From: Heptranchias perlo
Taxonomy: Eukaryota
Assembly (NCBI RefSeq): GCF_035084215.1
Contig: NC_090325.1
Span: 182,528,001-182,592,000 of the forward strand
DNA length: 64,000 nt
Direction of reading: 5' to 3'
Shown in pieces: positions 60,720 to 64,000 of this stretch; positions within the stretch are counted from its first letter, which is position 1, and every line of letters starts with the position of its first letter. The notes under the pieces are model-generated. The model worked only from the letters and a program-made list of their open reading frames with translations. It searched no databases and was not told the origin of the DNA. A program made the position numbers and the translations under genes.

Positions 60720-61740
60720 GAGATTCACCATTACATCTGGACTTTTATATTCTATATCTCTTGCCATATAACTCGTTATTTTGTTCGTTTTCTTTATGCC
60801 CTTATCACTTGAGGTGCTGCTTTTAATGTCTTGTGCACCTGATCCCAAATCTCTCAGCTCTTCCACATTACCCAGCTTTTCCCAATTCAAAGTGTAATTT
60901 TTTTTAACCAAAAGTACCACCTCACTTTTACCGACTTTGAATTCCATTTGCCACTTTTTTGCTCATTTCACTATCTTATCAATATCCCCTTGCAGCTTCC
61001 TTTGTTCCATTATCAGTACACTGTTATTTCCTTAAAGTCTTGACTTTTACAACTTGGTGCTGGCTGACCTGAATTAATCCATGTTGTTACAGGTGAGTAT
61101 TAATTGTATCCTGTGTTACGGCCTTTAAAAGCTTACCCACTGCCAGTGCTTGGCTGATTGTTCTATAGTTACCTGGTTTATCCGTCTCTCCCTTTTTGAA
61201 CAGAGGCATTGCAATGGCAACCCTCCAGTCCTCTGGTACGTCTTCGATTTGCAAGATTCTGGTCAGAGTCTTTGCTATTTCTATTTTAACTTGCCTCAGC
61301 ATTGTAGATGACATGTTATTAGAGCCTGGTGCCTTTTCATCTTGAGTTCCACTCATTTTTTTGAGTACTACTTCCTTATCTAAAGTATCTAATTGCTCCA
61401 CTGCCCGCTGTTGTATTCTTCTTTGCATCAAATTTCACACAAATGTGAATAGTGCTCATTTAGTATCTCTGCCATTCCTCTGCCCTCCTTAAGAGGACTT
61501 CCTTTGTCATCTCTAATTGACCCGACCCTTACTTTAACTATTGTTTTTATATTTGTTTATAAAATGTTATTTGTTACCCGCCAGTCTTCCTTCGTACGCC
61601 TTTCTAATATTTTTTGCTTCTCTATTTTCTATATTCCAGTTAATTTTCTTGTATTATTAGCCATACATTTGTCACATGCCTCTTTTTAAGTCTCATTTTG
61701 ACCTTAAGTTTTCTATTTAGCCAAGGAACTTTTTGAATAC
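60720..61740 (-). mobile_element. Old CR1 fragments
   Basis: PEDWRVA..MPLFKKG...PGNYR motif and downstream RT remnants. Confidence 0.7.
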
Positions 61741-62567
61741 TGAAGTTTTGTAAGAGATCCAGGGATCTTGCTATCATTTATACAATTCTGGCACGCACCT
61801 ATATTAGCACGTCGCATGAATTGCAATGATTTACTACTACTTGTACCAACATAGAAATCCACCAACTTACAGCCTGAACCTACTTGCGTAAGAGCAGCCT
61901 ATACATGAGTACACACTATATGTGGTGGGAGATTTGTGTTCTGTTGAATGCCTCCTTTCCAGTTCTAAATGCAGATGTAGGGGGTCCTCTGTGTGTATAG
62001 TTTTTTTTTAATAAACCTCTTACTAAAGTTCCCTCATAAACCAATGACAGTTTACTAACAAAAAAAATTCTTGCTTAACTTTATACACACATCGCAGTGA
62101 TTTATAACGTGTAGCCGTGTCTGCAATTCTCCACAGATTGAGTTGCTGCTTTTCATTGCACCACAGAGAATTGACATCTTTAACATTGAAAAGGCCTACG
62201 TGAAGAAGAGATAGATATCATGTTTTTGATATGGGTTGATAAATGGCTGTCTGTTCCTCAAGGTGCAGCATTGAAAAAGGCCTGGGAGAAGGTAGCCTGT
62301 CTGGCTTTTGGCTGAGAATTGTGTGGGGAGACCTGACTTTATTTTTTAGAAGTGGGGGAGTTGCAAGAAAAACTGTAGTATGCTTAGGGGAATGTGTTTG
62401 AATGGAATTTCAAAGAGTTGTTTTAGTTGTCAAAAGTAATACTTATTTTTCAACTTTGATTATCTGAACTAGTAGGATTTGAACACAAATACAGAAGTTT
62501 AGCACATATTTATGGAAATGCTGAAAGTCTTCCAATTTTTGTCTTTGAAATGTATGGATTTGTGTAG

Positions 62568-62777
62568 GCAATGATGACCGGCAGAATTCCTGGATTTATT
62601 GATGTCATCATGAACCTAAATTCTGCTACTCTGCTGGAAGATAATCTAATCTGGCAGGCAAAAGCTGCTGGAAAAAGAACCTTGTTCTATGGTGATGACA
62701 CTTGGATTCGACTGTTTCCTGATCACTTTGTAGAATATGATGGGACTACCTCTTTCTTTGTGTCTGATTATACTGAG
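62568..62777 (+). CDS. PIGG: PIGG coding exon 3
   Basis: AMMTGRIPGFIDVIMNLNS...FYGDDTWIRLFP.HFVEYDGTTSFFVSDYTE; acceptor TGTGTAG|, donor GAG|GTAAGT; 210 nt. Confidence 0.96.
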
Positions 62778-63634
62778 GTAAGTACACTTTTGACACAATT
62801 TGTACTGTACCAAATATAGTTTGCTTTTCCTCGTAACACAAGGTATTTGTAGCCTTTCCAGATATTTTAAGTAACAAGGCCTAAAGGTAACCAATTTAAT
62901 TGCGCAAAATAATTACTATGAGAGCAAGGAGCCAAAAGACAGGTTATGTGTTAAATAGAACATTACAGTGTGCCAATCACAAGAGATCTGTGGATATAGT
63001 AGAACAAATTCCCAGAGAAAGGAGTTGTTTTGGGATCAATTGGAATCTGTAAAAGAAGCTGGAACGATATCTGTGAAAGGAGATTAAGGTTATAGACATA
63101 TTAACAACACTTTTTGATTTTTTTTCAGGGGTAGTCAGGGAAAAGTTATGTTGGAGGGAAGTCCCCCTCTCTCTCCTTCCGCTCCCTCCAATTCTTATTT
63201 TAAACTGAGAAGAAAGATTAAAGGTTAGAGATGCATAAAATCGTATTAAAATTATTAAAACTAAAAAAAATTGAAATTTTAAAGTTTGCAACAAACTTAT
63301 TTGAACGAAAGCATCACTTCAAAAAGAACTAAGAGCTTGATCAGAGTCTGAAATTTGGTTCGTGGAGCCATCCCGTTGCCAAATTGTGCAGTTGCAAATC
63401 ATAACAAATTTACATAGGCGATTTCATTATAGGTGTGGATATAAGAATTTATAATCGAAAAAAGTTGACATAGGTATGACAAACATGACAACAGGAAGTG
63501 TTTTTAATATATATAGATGGATAAATATAGATAGATATATACTTCACTCACTTTTAAGGGAGTATGGTATGTTCACCCTTTTAGATCAATTCTACTAGGT
63601 TAGGGTATATCCTTGGTGCTTAACTTGTCATCTT

Positions 63635-63955
63635 GGCTCAATGTAGCACTCTTACCTCTGAGTCAGAAGATTGTGGGTTCAACATACTCCCAGGATTTGA
63701 ACATATAATCTAGGCTGACCAGTACAGTACTGAGTGTTGCATTGTCGGATGTGTCATTTTTCAGAAGAGATGTACAGCCAAGGCCCCACCTTCCAGTTCA
63801 AGTGGATGTAAAAGATCCCATGGCATATTTGAAGAAAAACCTGGTCAATATTTATCCCTCAACCAACCTCACAAGAATAGATTAACCAGTCAGTCATCCC
63901 ATTGCTGTGTGTGGAACAGTATGCAAATTGACTGCTGCATTTGCCTACATGCCGA
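63635..63955 (+). mobile_element. tRNA-derived DeuSINE/SacSINE1-like SINE
   Basis: tRNA-like head TGGCTCAATGTAGC...GTGGGTTCAA, then a core shared with 12755-13135; an L2 tail (-) follows. Confidence 0.7.
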
Positions 63956-64000
63956 CGACAACAACAACTTGCAATTATATAGCACCTTTAACGTAGTAAA

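Overview
Vertebrate genomic DNA, most likely a shark or other cartilaginous fish (inferred from the repeat families). Two host genes diverge from opposite ends. An NSG1-like gene lies on the minus strand (first coding exon 1123-1254), and PIGG lies on the plus strand (coding exons 53479-53632, 60473-60678, 62568-62777). The ~51 kb between them and PIGG intron 1 are packed with nested mobile elements: CR1/L2 LINEs, DeuSINE-like SINEs, solo LTRs, PIF/Harbinger transposons (transposase plus Myb/SANT genes) with MITEs, and two Penelope-like (PLE) retrotransposon families. The most striking system is one PLE family seen in four forms: a 3.45-kb near-perfect palindromic insertion, a 99-bp miniature palindrome with the same asymmetric architecture, and two tiny ribozyme-only inserts. 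Together these show minimal hammerhead ribozymes with compensatory base changes, a covarying 3' hairpin where all forward copies end, and a tail resembling the 3' end of tRNA-Ala. The second highlight is a Harbinger-related element with non-matching ends that carries only a Myb/SANT gene and nests in other Harbingers. Coordinates were counted by hand; those of old repeats are approximate.
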